Part shown: positions 25,080-35,228 of the stretch, one piece after another
Position numbering within the stretch: position 1 is the first letter of the stretch
Layout: the number at the start of each line of letters is the position of its first letter
DNA from: Candidatus Falkowbacteria bacterium
GTDB taxonomy: Bacteria; Patescibacteriota; Patescibacteriia; Patescibacteriales; UBA12465
Direction: 5' to 3'
Length of the DNA stretch: 64,000 bases
Assembly: GCA_037134915.1 (NCBI GenBank)
Contig: JBAXLJ010000004.1
Coordinates: 40,702 to 104,701 of the forward strand
Program-made: the position numbers and the translations under genes
The notes under the pieces: model-generated
What the model was told of the DNA's origin: nothing
What the model saw: the letters and a program-made list of their open reading frames with translations, nothing else
Databases searched by the model: none

Positions 25080-25481
25080 ATGAAAATATCCGTTCAACAA
25101 TACGCCCAAAGTTTATACGAAACAGTTAAGGGCGAAAGTGAGGCAAAAGTAAAAGAATTATTACATAATTTTGTGGCGCTTTTGGGTCGTAACCGCGATC
25201 TAAGTTTAGAGCCGGCCATTTGTCAGGCTTTTTCTAATATTTGGAATAAAGAAAACGGTGAAGTGGTGGCTAAGTTAACTAGTGCTAGAGAGCTAGGTAA
25301 AGAGTCTAGAACTACCGTCGTTGATTATTTAACAAAAAAATCCGGTGCGAAAAACGTGATTCTAGAAGAAACGATTGATCCAAAAATCTTAGGCGGTTTC
25401 ATTTTAAAATATAATAATAAGATTATCGATGGCAGTCTAAGAAGTAGTTTGAGTGAACTTAAAGGAGAGATGAAGGGCTAG
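25080..25481 (+). CDS. atpH: F-type ATP synthase subunit delta (short, 133 aa)
   Basis: Operon position plus an OSCP-like C-terminus (DPKILGGFILKYNNKIIDGSLRSSL). Confidence 0.75.
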   Translation: MKISVQQYAQSLYETVKGESEAKVKELLHNFVALLGRNRDLSLEPAICQAFSNIWNKENGEVVAKLTSARELGKESRTTVVDYLTKKSGAKNVILEETIDPKILGGFILKYNNKIIDGSLRSSLSELKGEMKG

Positions 25482-25499
25482 TACTTTTATTTTTGGAAT

Positions 25500-25523
25500 A
25501 AAAAAAGCCTTCGGATGAAGGCT
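25500..25523 (-). terminator. Hairpin whose U-run is on the minus strand
   Basis: AGCCTTC / GAAGGCT stem with a GGAT loop. A6 precedes it on the plus strand and only TT follows. Confidence 0.5.
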
Positions 25524-25555
25524 TTAAGCAAAAAAGGGAAATTTGTTTTTAAAAA

Positions 25556-25732
25556 TTACTTTTCCTTTTCTGGCAAATACGTAAAGGTCAGGATTCCCAT
25601 AAGTCCACTTGCAAATCCCGCGCTTGTTCTTAGAGTCTTGTCGAGACCAAAATCTGGCACCACTCCAAGAGCCAGGAGTACCCCGTAGGCTATTAATATA
25701 ACCCCAAGGATGATCACAATTTTTCTTTTCAT
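25556..25732 (-). CDS. Candidate 58-aa two-TM micro-protein, antisense to the atp cluster
   Basis: Hand translation: MKRKIVIILGVILIAYGVLLALGVVPDFGLDKTLRTSAGFASGLMGILTFTYLPEKEK. Confidence 0.4.
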   Translation of the reverse strand: MKRKIVIILGVILIAYGVLLALGVVPDFGLDKTLRTSAGFASGLMGILTFTYLPEKEK

Positions 25733-25754
25733 GACATTTTAAATTTAAATGAAA

Positions 25755-25904
25755 TTAAAAATTAAAAGGTTTGAAACGATTCATTTCAAAATCGCTAGCG
25801 CCTAATTGTTTCCTTATTTTTTTTAGGCTGAGAAAAGTGTAAATAAAATTGGCGATTGCTATAACCATTGCAATTACGCCGAAAAATAAAGCAAGTTTTT
25901 CCAT
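25755..25904 (-). CDS. Candidate 49-aa single-TM micro-protein, antisense to the atp cluster
   Basis: Hand translation: MEKLALFFGVIAMVIAIANFIYTFLSLKKIRKQLGASDFEMNRFKPFNF. Confidence 0.35.
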   Translation of the reverse strand: MEKLALFFGVIAMVIAIANFIYTFLSLKKIRKQLGASDFEMNRFKPFNF

Positions 25905-25971
25905 TATATATTTTTTTAAGTAACATTAATACTAAAAATAGCTAAAATCAATTTATAATAAATTAAATAAT

Positions 25972-27495
25972 ATGTCAACAACTAAGGATTTCATTATCCA
26001 ACAACTTAAAGATGAAATAACAGGTTTTAAGGCTGAAATTAGTGAAAAATCAGTCGGAAGAGTTTTAAAAGTTTCTGATGGTATCGCTCTGGTTTCCGGT
26101 TTATCGGACGCGATGATGTCAGAAATCTTGAAATTTAAAACCGAAACCGGTGAGGTATCCGGAGTCGCTTTGAATTTAGAGGAAAACCTCGTTGGGGCGA
26201 TTATTTTGGGTGATTTCACTTCGATTAAAGAGGGCGACGAAGTTCAGGCGACCAAAAGAATTTTGGAAGTTCCGGTCGGCGAAGCCGTTATCGGACGCGT
26301 TTTAAATCCCTTAGGGGAGCCTTTAGATGGTAAAGGAAAAGTGGAAACTTCCGTATTTTATCCCGTAGAAAAAATTGCACCTGGAGTTATTACTCGTGCC
26401 GGTGTTAGAGAACCGGTTCAAACTGGTATTAAAGCCATCGATGCGATGATTCCGATTGGCCGCGGTCAACGCGAACTTATTATTGGCGACCGACAACTTG
26501 GAAAAACCGCTTTAGCAATTGATACGATTATCAATCAAAAGGGGCAGAACATGAAATGTATTTATGTGGCTATTGGTCAGAAAGAATCTAAGGTGGCCAA
26601 TATTGTCTCTAAATTAACTGAAGCGGGCGCTATGGATTACACCACTATCGTTTTAGCCGGCGCTTCTAATTCGGCCTCTTTACTTTATATTGCTCCTTAC
26701 GCCGGTTGTGCAATGGCGGAATACTTTTTAGATAAGGGTGAAGACGTTTTAATTGTTTATGATGATTTATCCAAGCACGCGGTCTCATATCGTGAAATTT
26801 CCTTATTACTGCGCCGCCCACCAGGACGCGAAGCTTATCCAGGTGATGTTTTTTACTTACACTCTCGTTTACTTGAACGCGCTTGTAAATTAAATAAGGA
26901 CTTTGGTGGTGGTTCAATTACGGCGCTCCCAATTATTGAAACTCAAGCCGGAGATTTATCCGCTTACATCCCGACTAACGTAATTTCCATTACTGATGGT
27001 CAGATTTTCTTGGAACCAGATTTATTTTATAAAGGTAATCGCCCAGCGGTTAACGCTGGTTTGTCAGTTTCTCGTGTGGGCTCATCAGCTCAAATTAAAG
27101 CGATGAAAAAAGTGGCTGGAAAGATGCGTTTAGAAGCCGCTCAATACCGTGAACTAGCCGCCTTTGCTCAATTTGGTTCTGATTTAGATGAAGATACTAA
27201 GAAAAAATTAGAAAGAGGTAAGAGGCTATACGAAATCTTTAAACAAGATCAATATCAACCATTGTCAGTAGCCAAACAGGTTTTGGTTTATTACACTTTA
27301 ATCAACGGCTTGATGGATAATGTGCCAGTTGAGCGTGTCAGAGAATTTGAAACTGGTTTATATAAATACGCTGATTTAAATGATGGTGTCTTAACAGGCA
27401 TTACCACTAAAAAAGAGTTAGACGAAGAATTGGAAAATAAAATTAAAGAATTAGTTGGCGATTACAAAGCTACTTTGGATTATTTACTTAAATAG
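25972..27495 (+). CDS. atpA: F-type ATP synthase subunit alpha
   Basis: GDRQLGKT Walker A. Full-length 507 aa. Confidence 0.97.
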   Translation: MSTTKDFIIQQLKDEITGFKAEISEKSVGRVLKVSDGIALVSGLSDAMMSEILKFKTETGEVSGVALNLEENLVGAIILGDFTSIKEGDEVQATKRILEVPVGEAVIGRVLNPLGEPLDGKGKVETSVFYPVEKIAPGVITRAGVREPVQTGIKAIDAMIPIGRGQRELIIGDRQLGKTALAIDTIINQKGQNMKCIYVAIGQKESKVANIVSKLTEAGAMDYTTIVLAGASNSASLLYIAPYAGCAMAEYFLDKGEDVLIVYDDLSKHAVSYREISLLLRRPPGREAYPGDVFYLHSRLLERACKLNKDFGGGSITALPIIETQAGDLSAYIPTNVISITDGQIFLEPDLFYKGNRPAVNAGLSVSRVGSSAQIKAMKKVAGKMRLEAAQYRELAAFAQFGSDLDEDTKKKLERGKRLYEIFKQDQYQPLSVAKQVLVYYTLINGLMDNVPVERVREFETGLYKYADLNDGVLTGITTKKELDEELENKIKELVGDYKATLDYLLK

Positions 27496-27500
27496 TAACT

Positions 27501-28445
27501 ATGGCTCAGACTAAAGAAATATCACGCCGCATCAAATCAGTTACCAGTACTAAGAAGATAACTAAGGCGATGGAAATGGTGGCGGCTTCAAAAATGCGTA
27601 AAGCAATTGACGCTGTCCTTCGTACCCGAACTTACGCTAATTTAAGTTGGGAGACGGTTTTGCATTTGGCTAATTTAGCCGAGAATAACTCGGATATTTT
27701 ACACCCTTTGCTTAGTCGCCGCTCAGAAATTAAGCGCGTTGCCATTATCTTAATTACTTCTAATCGAGGTATGTGCGGTGCTTATAATGCGGCGATTATT
27801 GGTAAAGCTAAGGACTCGATTAAAAAACACGACATTCCTACAGATTTTATTCTAGCCGGAAAAAAAGGCGCCTCTATTTACAGTCAAAATTATAATGTCG
27901 CGGCTGAATTTGATAAAAGTGATTTATTAAATAGCCCGAAAGAAATTTATCCGATAGTCAAATTAGTTATTTCTGATTATCTGTCTGGCAAATATGATAA
28001 AATTTTAGTGGCCTATACTGACTTTATTAATCCAGTTAAACAAATCCCTCGGGTTAAACAGCTACTACCATTGGAGATTGCCACTGAAGATCATTATTTA
28101 GGGGTGGTGGGCGCCGATCCTAAAGTGGGGGTTAACACGGAGCTACTTGAAGAAAAAACTAAAAAGCATTTAAGTGAAAATAGTTTTAGTGATTACACTT
28201 TTGAACCAAGTCCAGCCGAAGTCTTAGATTTAATTATCCCTCGCCTGCTTGAAATTCAATTACTGCAAGCTTTTTTAGAGGCTAATGCTTCCGAGCACAG
28301 CTCCAGAATGACCGCTATGCATCAAGCAACTGAAGCGGCCGCTGATATGGTTTCTGAACTGACTTTATATTATAACAAGGCTCGTCAAGCCAGTATTACT
28401 GCGGAAATCGCTGAAATATCGGCCGGAGCTAACGCTTTAGCTTAA
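27501..28445 (+). CDS. atpG: F-type ATP synthase subunit gamma
   Basis: N-terminal IKSVTSTKKITKAMEMVAASKMRKA and C-terminal YNKARQASITAEIAEI. Confidence 0.9.
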   Translation: MAQTKEISRRIKSVTSTKKITKAMEMVAASKMRKAIDAVLRTRTYANLSWETVLHLANLAENNSDILHPLLSRRSEIKRVAIILITSNRGMCGAYNAAIIGKAKDSIKKHDIPTDFILAGKKGASIYSQNYNVAAEFDKSDLLNSPKEIYPIVKLVISDYLSGKYDKILVAYTDFINPVKQIPRVKQLLPLEIATEDHYLGVVGADPKVGVNTELLEEKTKKHLSENSFSDYTFEPSPAEVLDLIIPRLLEIQLLQAFLEANASEHSSRMTAMHQATEAAADMVSELTLYYNKARQASITAEIAEISAGANALA

Positions 28446-28449
28446 ATAA

Positions 28450-29868
<1,419 letters not shown>

Positions 29869-29882
29869 GCAATTTAAAAAAT

Positions 29883-30323
29883 ATGCCGCTTAAGACAATT
29901 AAATTTGAAATAGTAACTCCAGAACAAACAGTTTTAAAAGAAGCGGTGGTTCGAGCTACTATTCCGACTCAATCCGGGGAAGTGACTATTTTGCCGGATC
30001 ATATTCCACTGGTTTCGGTTTTAAAACCGGGGATTGTTGAAGTGGAAAAAGCCGATGGCAGCCTGGATTTAATGGTCGTCTCAGGTGGTTTTTTGGAAGT
30101 AATGAGTGGCAAAATTGTAATTTTGGCGGATTATGCTGAAAGAGCCGCCGGTCTTAATGAGGATGTTATTTTAGAGGCGCAAACTAAGGCTGAAAAAGCC
30201 AAGTTAGAGGCTAAAAACCGTGATGATATTGACTTTGCTGACACAGAAGCTAGACTAGAAGTCGAGCTATTTAAGACCAGGGCTTTGTCTCGCTGGCGTA
30301 AGCTTAAAAATTTAGATAAATAA
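29883..30323 (+). CDS. atpC: F-type ATP synthase subunit epsilon
   Basis: Beta-sandwich N-terminus (FEIVTPE...) plus a C-terminal helical hairpin. Confidence 0.9.
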   Translation: MPLKTIKFEIVTPEQTVLKEAVVRATIPTQSGEVTILPDHIPLVSVLKPGIVEVEKADGSLDLMVVSGGFLEVMSGKIVILADYAERAAGLNEDVILEAQTKAEKAKLEAKNRDDIDFADTEARLEVELFKTRALSRWRKLKNLDK

Positions 30324-30346
30324 AAATATTTATATAAAAATTTTTT

Positions 30347-31972
30347 ATGAACCGATCATTAACAAATATGGAAAGAATGGAAAAATTTGACTTGAAGTTA
30401 CCTGACATTCAGTTGTTACCGAGCATTAAAAGCAGTCTCTCAAGGGTTTATCAGATGTTAAATATTGACAATGATAGAAACTATGCGATGTCTGTTTTTA
30501 AGGTGGCTCATTTTATCTCACTGCGTAACGAACGCACTAAAGATCTTTTGTCTCAGGAGGTTAAGGGGGCAATGGAGATTAAGGCGAATGTTTTTCCGAT
30601 TGGAACGCCACGCTTTTTAATTTGTATTGATGGGCGAGTGCTAACTAAATTAATTGCCTGCTTTCATGGCAATTCATATCATGTACCCGCCGGGGATACT
30701 AAAATAGATTTTGTGCCACTTAAAAATGGTCAAGGAAAAATCTTTTTAAAAGAAGGTTTTTTGTCTGGCATGATGGATAAAGTGATTGCCGAGCAAGGGT
30801 ATTTGCATGAAGTCTTAGATAGCCATTTACACTGCGCGGCTGGTGGTCTCGGGGCCGCCGATCGGCACTGCTGTGAAGTCGCCGACGCTGGTTTATGGGA
30901 TGATGTGGCTCGCAAGAAAGAGAAAAAAAGAGCGATTATCGACTACATTAACCGAAAACATCCGGGCGCTGGTATTTTTGTTACACAAATGTCTTTTAAT
31001 CCAGACGATGGTTATTCCTTTTTTGGTTTGGACAAAGAAGAATGTCTTAATGTATCCCAAGAGAGTGGTTATACTAAGGAGGTGATTGATTCTCTGGTAG
31101 CCAAAGGTTTAGTGATATCAACTAAGAAGTTGGCCGAGGAAGATTTTAAGGAAGTGTTTTTGAAATTTTTCTTCGAATGTGATTATCCTAATGATTACCG
31201 CTTGTCCACTAAATATTTTTGGGATAATTTTCAGCAAATGTCCGCTGAAGTCTTGCCGGCAATTGAAAACAAAATAAAAGATATTCTTTCTTTTGAAAAT
31301 CATCAGGAACTAAGACAGACAGCCGCTCTGATTATGGCCAATGCCTACAACGGTTTTCTTCATAATCACGAAGCTTCGGGCAATAAGAAAAAATATCCTT
31401 ATGCCACGCATCGCGAAAGTGTTATTACCGTCACGGTTAGTGAAAAAGGACCTTTTTCCGGAGCTGAATCTTTTTTTGTCCACCCCGAATCTTCCAGTGT
31501 TTCCACAGATATTAAATTGGGAAGAAATTTGATTATTGGTAATCGTCATAAAAAACGAATGTCGGAATTAGAAATTGAAGCGACGGCTAAAGTTTTTGGT
31601 GAAAGTGAAGATTATGTAAAATCTCCAGTACTAGCTTTTTTCTTTCAAAGGACTCACGAAGACTTGTCACCGGAAGAAATTTCCAAGTTGCAAAGTATTG
31701 ATTGGTCTGACGTGGTTGATACTGATTGGTTTGATATGAATAATGAGGAATTTTTTAATGGTTATCTCAACAAAAAATGGCACGGAATTCCCGCCAGCAT
31801 TGCTTACACGATTAATCGTTTGCGCAAGCAGGCTCAGGACGCCTATGCTCCCAATCAGGCGGCCACCGAAGACCTCTTAGCGGGTCGTATAATTCCGGTC
31901 TGGGCCATTGCTTGCCCGAATCGGATGATTTTATCAGTCATGCCCTTTGTTATTAATGGGTATAAAAAATAA
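30347..31972 (+). CDS. Uncharacterised 541-aa protein with beta-carbonic-anhydrase-type Cys/Asp/Arg/His/Cys signature (CsoSCA-like size)
   Basis: C93-I-D-G-R97 and H160-L-H-C163 (+H174-C-C176). Starts 24 nt after atpC and is followed by a strong terminator. Confidence is for the CDS; confidence in the CA-like assignment is about 0.4. Confidence 0.8.
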   Translation: MNRSLTNMERMEKFDLKLPDIQLLPSIKSSLSRVYQMLNIDNDRNYAMSVFKVAHFISLRNERTKDLLSQEVKGAMEIKANVFPIGTPRFLICIDGRVLTKLIACFHGNSYHVPAGDTKIDFVPLKNGQGKIFLKEGFLSGMMDKVIAEQGYLHEVLDSHLHCAAGGLGAADRHCCEVADAGLWDDVARKKEKKRAIIDYINRKHPGAGIFVTQMSFNPDDGYSFFGLDKEECLNVSQESGYTKEVIDSLVAKGLVISTKKLAEEDFKEVFLKFFFECDYPNDYRLSTKYFWDNFQQMSAEVLPAIENKIKDILSFENHQELRQTAALIMANAYNGFLHNHEASGNKKKYPYATHRESVITVTVSEKGPFSGAESFFVHPESSSVSTDIKLGRNLIIGNRHKKRMSELEIEATAKVFGESEDYVKSPVLAFFFQRTHEDLSPEEISKLQSIDWSDVVDTDWFDMNNEEFFNGYLNKKWHGIPASIAYTINRLRKQAQDAYAPNQAATEDLLAGRIIPVWAIACPNRMILSVMPFVINGYKK

Positions 31973-31980
31973 GGTTTTTA

Positions 31981-32010
31981 GGGCTTCTGCTTGCAGAAGC
32001 CCTATTTTTT
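31981..32010 (+). terminator. Intrinsic terminator closing the atp cluster
   Basis: GGGCTTCTGC / GCAGAAGCCC 10-bp stem followed by TATTTTTT. Confidence 0.75.
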
Positions 32011-32023
32011 AAATATATGTCAA

Positions 32024-32051
32024 TTGACACTTTGCCTTAGCGTGATACAAT
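32024..32051 (+). promoter_or_regulatory. Extended -10 promoter for the Cys-rich micro-ORF
   Basis: TTGACA-N16-(TGa)TACAAT. Confidence 0.5.
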
Positions 32052-32083
32052 GAAAATAAGGTAAAAAATTAATTTTTTAATTT

Positions 32084-32242
32084 ATGTGCAATTGGTTAAA
32101 AAGTCTTTTTGGAAAAAAATGTCATTGTGAAGGGGGTTGCTGCGGGGATAAAAAAGCCGAAGTGAGCCCAGCCCCTCAGACTGAAGCCAAAGTAGAAGCA
32201 GCCACTGAAACCGCTGCTCCTAAGGAAGAAATCAAAGCTTAA
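32084..32242 (+). CDS. Candidate 52-aa Cys-rich protein (not in ORF track)
   Basis: Hand translation: MCNWLKSLFGKKCHCEGGCCGDKKAEVSPAPQTEAKVEAATETAAPKEEIKA. It has its own promoter and terminator. Confidence 0.5.
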   Translation: MCNWLKSLFGKKCHCEGGCCGDKKAEVSPAPQTEAKVEAATETAAPKEEIKA

Positions 32243-32257
32243 GTAATTATCAAAATC

Positions 32258-32283
32258 AAAAAACACGCTCCGCGTGTTTTTTG
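32258..32283 (+). terminator. Terminator after the micro-ORF
   Basis: ACACGC / GCGTGT stem flanked by an A-run and a T6 run. Confidence 0.6.
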
Positions 32284-32295
32284 AAGTTAAATCCC

Positions 32296-33147
32296 ATGTT
32301 TATCGATACTCATGCCCATATAAATTTTGCTGATTTTAAAGAAGATGCTGATGAAGTTATTCGCCGTGCTTTAGATAATGACACCTGGATGATTCTGGTG
32401 GGTTCAGAATATAAAACTTCAACCCGGGCACTAAATTATGCTAATAAATATCAGAAAGGCGTTTACGCGGCAGTCGGCTTGCACCCTATTCATTTAGAAG
32501 AACTTCGGGCTGAGAACCATGATGATGATGGTAATTATAATTTTATTACTCGAGCCGAGGACTTTTATTATGATAATTATGAGAAGCTGGCTAAGTTTGA
32601 AAAAGTAGTGGCTATTGGTGAAATTGGTTTAGATTATTATCACATTGATCCCACTAAAGATGCTAGAGAAATAAAACAAAAGCAACAACACGTGATGTTA
32701 CAACAATTGCTTTTAGCTCGTCAGCTTGATTTGCCGGCTATTATTCATTGCAGACAAGCTCATGATGATCTTCTTGCTTTGCTTCAAGATTTTAGAAAAG
32801 TTTATGCCAACTTAATCCCAAATGACAGACCTTGGGGGGTGATTCACTGTTTTTCTGGTGATGAAGACTTGGCTTGGAAATATTTTAATCTAGGACTTTT
32901 AATCTCATTTACCGGTTTAATTACTTTTAGTCAGACTTGGGATGATTTAATCAGAAAGGTGCCTATTGATAAGATAATGATTGAAACGGATTCGCCTTAT
33001 ATGACTCCAGAGCCGTATCGGGGCAATCGGAATGAGCCCGTGCTCGTTCAATACGTGGCTCAGCGAATTGCCGAAATTAAGAATTTAAAAATAGAGAGGG
33101 TAGCGGAAATTACTACAGAAACAGCGAGAAAATTCTTTAGAATCTAG
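32296..33147 (+). CDS. tatD: TatD-family metal-dependent hydrolase
   Basis: MFIDTHAHINF start, GEIGLDY, IHCR, ETDSPY. ATG 32296 preferred over the TTG at 32281, which overlaps the terminator. Confidence 0.9.
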   Translation: MFIDTHAHINFADFKEDADEVIRRALDNDTWMILVGSEYKTSTRALNYANKYQKGVYAAVGLHPIHLEELRAENHDDDGNYNFITRAEDFYYDNYEKLAKFEKVVAIGEIGLDYYHIDPTKDAREIKQKQQHVMLQQLLLARQLDLPAIIHCRQAHDDLLALLQDFRKVYANLIPNDRPWGVIHCFSGDEDLAWKYFNLGLLISFTGLITFSQTWDDLIRKVPIDKIMIETDSPYMTPEPYRGNRNEPVLVQYVAQRIAEIKNLKIERVAEITTETARKFFRI

Positions 33148-33151
33148 AAAA

Positions 33152-33177
33152 ATCACCCCGAAAGGGGTGATTTTTTT
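33152..33177 (+). terminator. Terminator after tatD
   Basis: ATCACCCC-GAAA-GGGGTGAT followed by T7. Confidence 0.75.
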
Positions 33178-33233
33178 ATTGTATATATATGGCTTATTTT
33201 AGATAAATATTGCTAATATCTAATTTCTTTAAT

Positions 33234-33262
33234 TTGACAAAAATACTATCTTATGCTATACT
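33234..33262 (+). promoter_or_regulatory. Strong sigma70-like promoter
   Basis: TTGACA-N17-(TGc)TATACT. Confidence 0.5.
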
Positions 33263-33368
33263 GTAGTCAGGTTGATTTTGCTTCCTTGATTAGCGAAATA
33301 TGGGGTGAATTAAGAAACATCCTGAATGCCAAATGGTAAACAAATAATTTTGGACACTGCCAGATTCA

Positions 33369-33803
33369 GTGAAATACTTTAAAAAATTGAAAAACTTTTT
33401 TTCAAACCAGAACAAGGTGAATCCTGCTAGAGTAGGTGACGCCGCTCTTTCGATTATTTTTACTTCTTACCAGACTAAACGCTGGAAGAGAACTGTCTCT
33501 ATTTCTAAAGAGGAAATAAATCTAGATGAGATACATTTGGATGGACAACATGATGTCTCTCTAAGGTTGTGGGGGATTGAGCCGGGATTAGTTTCTGTCA
33601 AAATCGAAAGACTTGAACAGGGTTCTGCCACGGAGTTGTTACAGAAGAAAATCCAGCCAGAAGAGTTGGATAAATTTTCTCATATTATCATTATCAATGA
33701 GTGGTGCAGTGCTGCGCCATATATTCATGCTGATAGTGAAACGGTGGAAATATATCGTTTAACCCCTCTTGCTAAAAGGATTATTAGCGCACAAAACTGG
33801 TAA
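33369..33803 (+). CDS. Hypothetical protein (144 aa, GTG start)
   Basis: ORF only. No internal Met, no Shine-Dalgarno sequence, and about 100 nt of leader after the promoter. Confidence 0.5.
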   Translation: MKYFKKLKNFFSNQNKVNPARVGDAALSIIFTSYQTKRWKRTVSISKEEINLDEIHLDGQHDVSLRLWGIEPGLVSVKIERLEQGSATELLQKKIQPEELDKFSHIIIINEWCSAAPYIHADSETVEIYRLTPLAKRIISAQNW

Positions 33804-33819
33804 CAGTTTAAAATATTTG

Positions 33820-33850
33820 CAAGCTGCCTAAAATTGGTAGCTTGTTTTTT
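33820..33850 (+). terminator. Terminator after the 144-aa ORF, abutting the uppP 3' end
   Basis: CAAGCTGCC / GGTAGCTTG stem followed by T6. Confidence 0.55.
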
Positions 33851-34634
33851 ATAACAAAATTATACCTAACACAATTAGTCCTAAAACTATTCGATACCAG
33901 CCAAAAGCTTTGAAGTCATTTTTTTGAACGTATTTAATCAAGAACTTAACACCAATGATGGCCGTAACAAATGAGGTTACAAAACCAATTACCCATAAAG
34001 TTAATTGATTGCCAGTAAAGATAGTTGGATTTTTATAAATATCTAAAGCCGTGGCGGCTAACATCGTTGGAATGGCGAGCAAGAAAGAAAATTCCACAAT
34101 TGTTTTTCTTTTAATTCCTTGGGCTAGGCCGCCAATAATAGTAGCGCCAGCACGAGAAACGCCAGGAACGATTGCTAGCGCTTGAACTACTCCTAAAATC
34201 ATGGCCTGTTTATAAGTAATTGCATTTAAATCGGCATCCGTTGCTACTTCGGCGATATTTTTCTTCGCATACCAGTTTTCAAAAAGGATGATTATAATAC
34301 CACCGGCAATTAAAGAAATAGCGATAACTAGATTATTTTCCATTAAATATCCCTTAACTAATTTATAAAAAATTAAACCAATAATTGAGGTGGGAATAAA
34401 AGCAGCCACTAATTTCCAAATAATATTTAAGTTATTCCAAACTCTACTCCAGTACAAAATAACGACTGATAAAATAGCACCTAGTTGAATGGATATTTCA
34501 AAACTTTTTAAAAAATCTGAAGTCGGAATTCTTAAAAGTTCTCCCGTAAAAATTAAATGAGCCGTCGAGGAAATGGGCAAAAATTCGGTTAGTCCTTCGA
34601 CAAGTCCCATGATGAAACTTTGGATAATTGTCAT
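33849..34634 (-). CDS. uppP: Undecaprenyl-diphosphate phosphatase
   Basis: GLTEFLPISSTAHL and PGVSRAGATI motifs. ATG 34634 preferred over the TTG at 34652. Confidence 0.9.
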   Translation of the reverse strand: MTIIQSFIMGLVEGLTEFLPISSTAHLIFTGELLRIPTSDFLKSFEISIQLGAILSVVILYWSRVWNNLNIIWKLVAAFIPTSIIGLIFYKLVKGYLMENNLVIAISLIAGGIIIILFENWYAKKNIAEVATDADLNAITYKQAMILGVVQALAIVPGVSRAGATIIGGLAQGIKRKTIVEFSFLLAIPTMLAATALDIYKNPTIFTGNQLTLWVIGFVTSFVTAIIGVKFLIKYVQKNDFKAFGWYRIVLGLIVLGIILL

Positions 34635-34755
34635 ATAGTAATAATTTAGCAAATTACCTTCTTATTTTAGCCTAGTTTATTAAATTAATAAACCACTTCA
34701 AGTTAGTGTTATTTTTTGTTATAATAAGCTTAAGTTAATCGCTAATTATTTATTT

Positions 34756-35226
34756 ATGAAATCCGCTAAGTTAGACTCCAGTAAGAAGAAAAAACCGGTC
34801 GTGGTAGCCGTTTCCGGCTATTTTAATCCGCTTCATGTCGGGCATTTAGATATGATTGAAATGGCCAGCAAACTAGGCGATAAGTTGGTGGTAATTATTA
34901 ACAACGATCACCAGGTAAAACTTAAGGGCAGCGTGCCTTTTATGACCCTGCCTGATCGGGTACGAATCATCGCGGCTTTGCGGGCTGTTGATGAAGTTTT
35001 TATTTCTATTGATCGTGATAAAACGGTTTGTAAGTCGCTAACAAAACTACGGCCGGATATTTTTGCTAATGGTGGTGACAGGAAGAGTCTCGGTGACGTG
35101 CCGGAATATCCAATTTGCCAAAAATTAGAAATTACCATGGTTGATGGTTTGGGCAAGAAAATTAGAGCGAGTTCGGAATTAATTAAGCGAGCAGCGGAGG
35201 CTAAAATTGTTGCCACTAAAAAATAA
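34756..35226 (+). CDS. Cytidylyl/adenylyltransferase-family protein (HxGH nucleotidyltransferase, RfaE-II/TagD-like)
   Basis: VAVSGYFNPLHVGHLDMIE (HxGH motif) ... ANGGDR. Confidence 0.75.
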   Translation: MKSAKLDSSKKKKPVVVAVSGYFNPLHVGHLDMIEMASKLGDKLVVIINNDHQVKLKGSVPFMTLPDRVRIIAALRAVDEVFISIDRDKTVCKSLTKLRPDIFANGGDRKSLGDVPEYPICQKLEITMVDGLGKKIRASSELIKRAAEAKIVATKK

Positions 35227-35228
35227 TT

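Noticed and set aside
32281-32295. TTG start for tatD, as listed in the ORF track.
   Set aside because: The extension overlaps the T-run of the preceding terminator. The canonical TatD N-terminus (MFIDTHAH) begins at ATG 32296.
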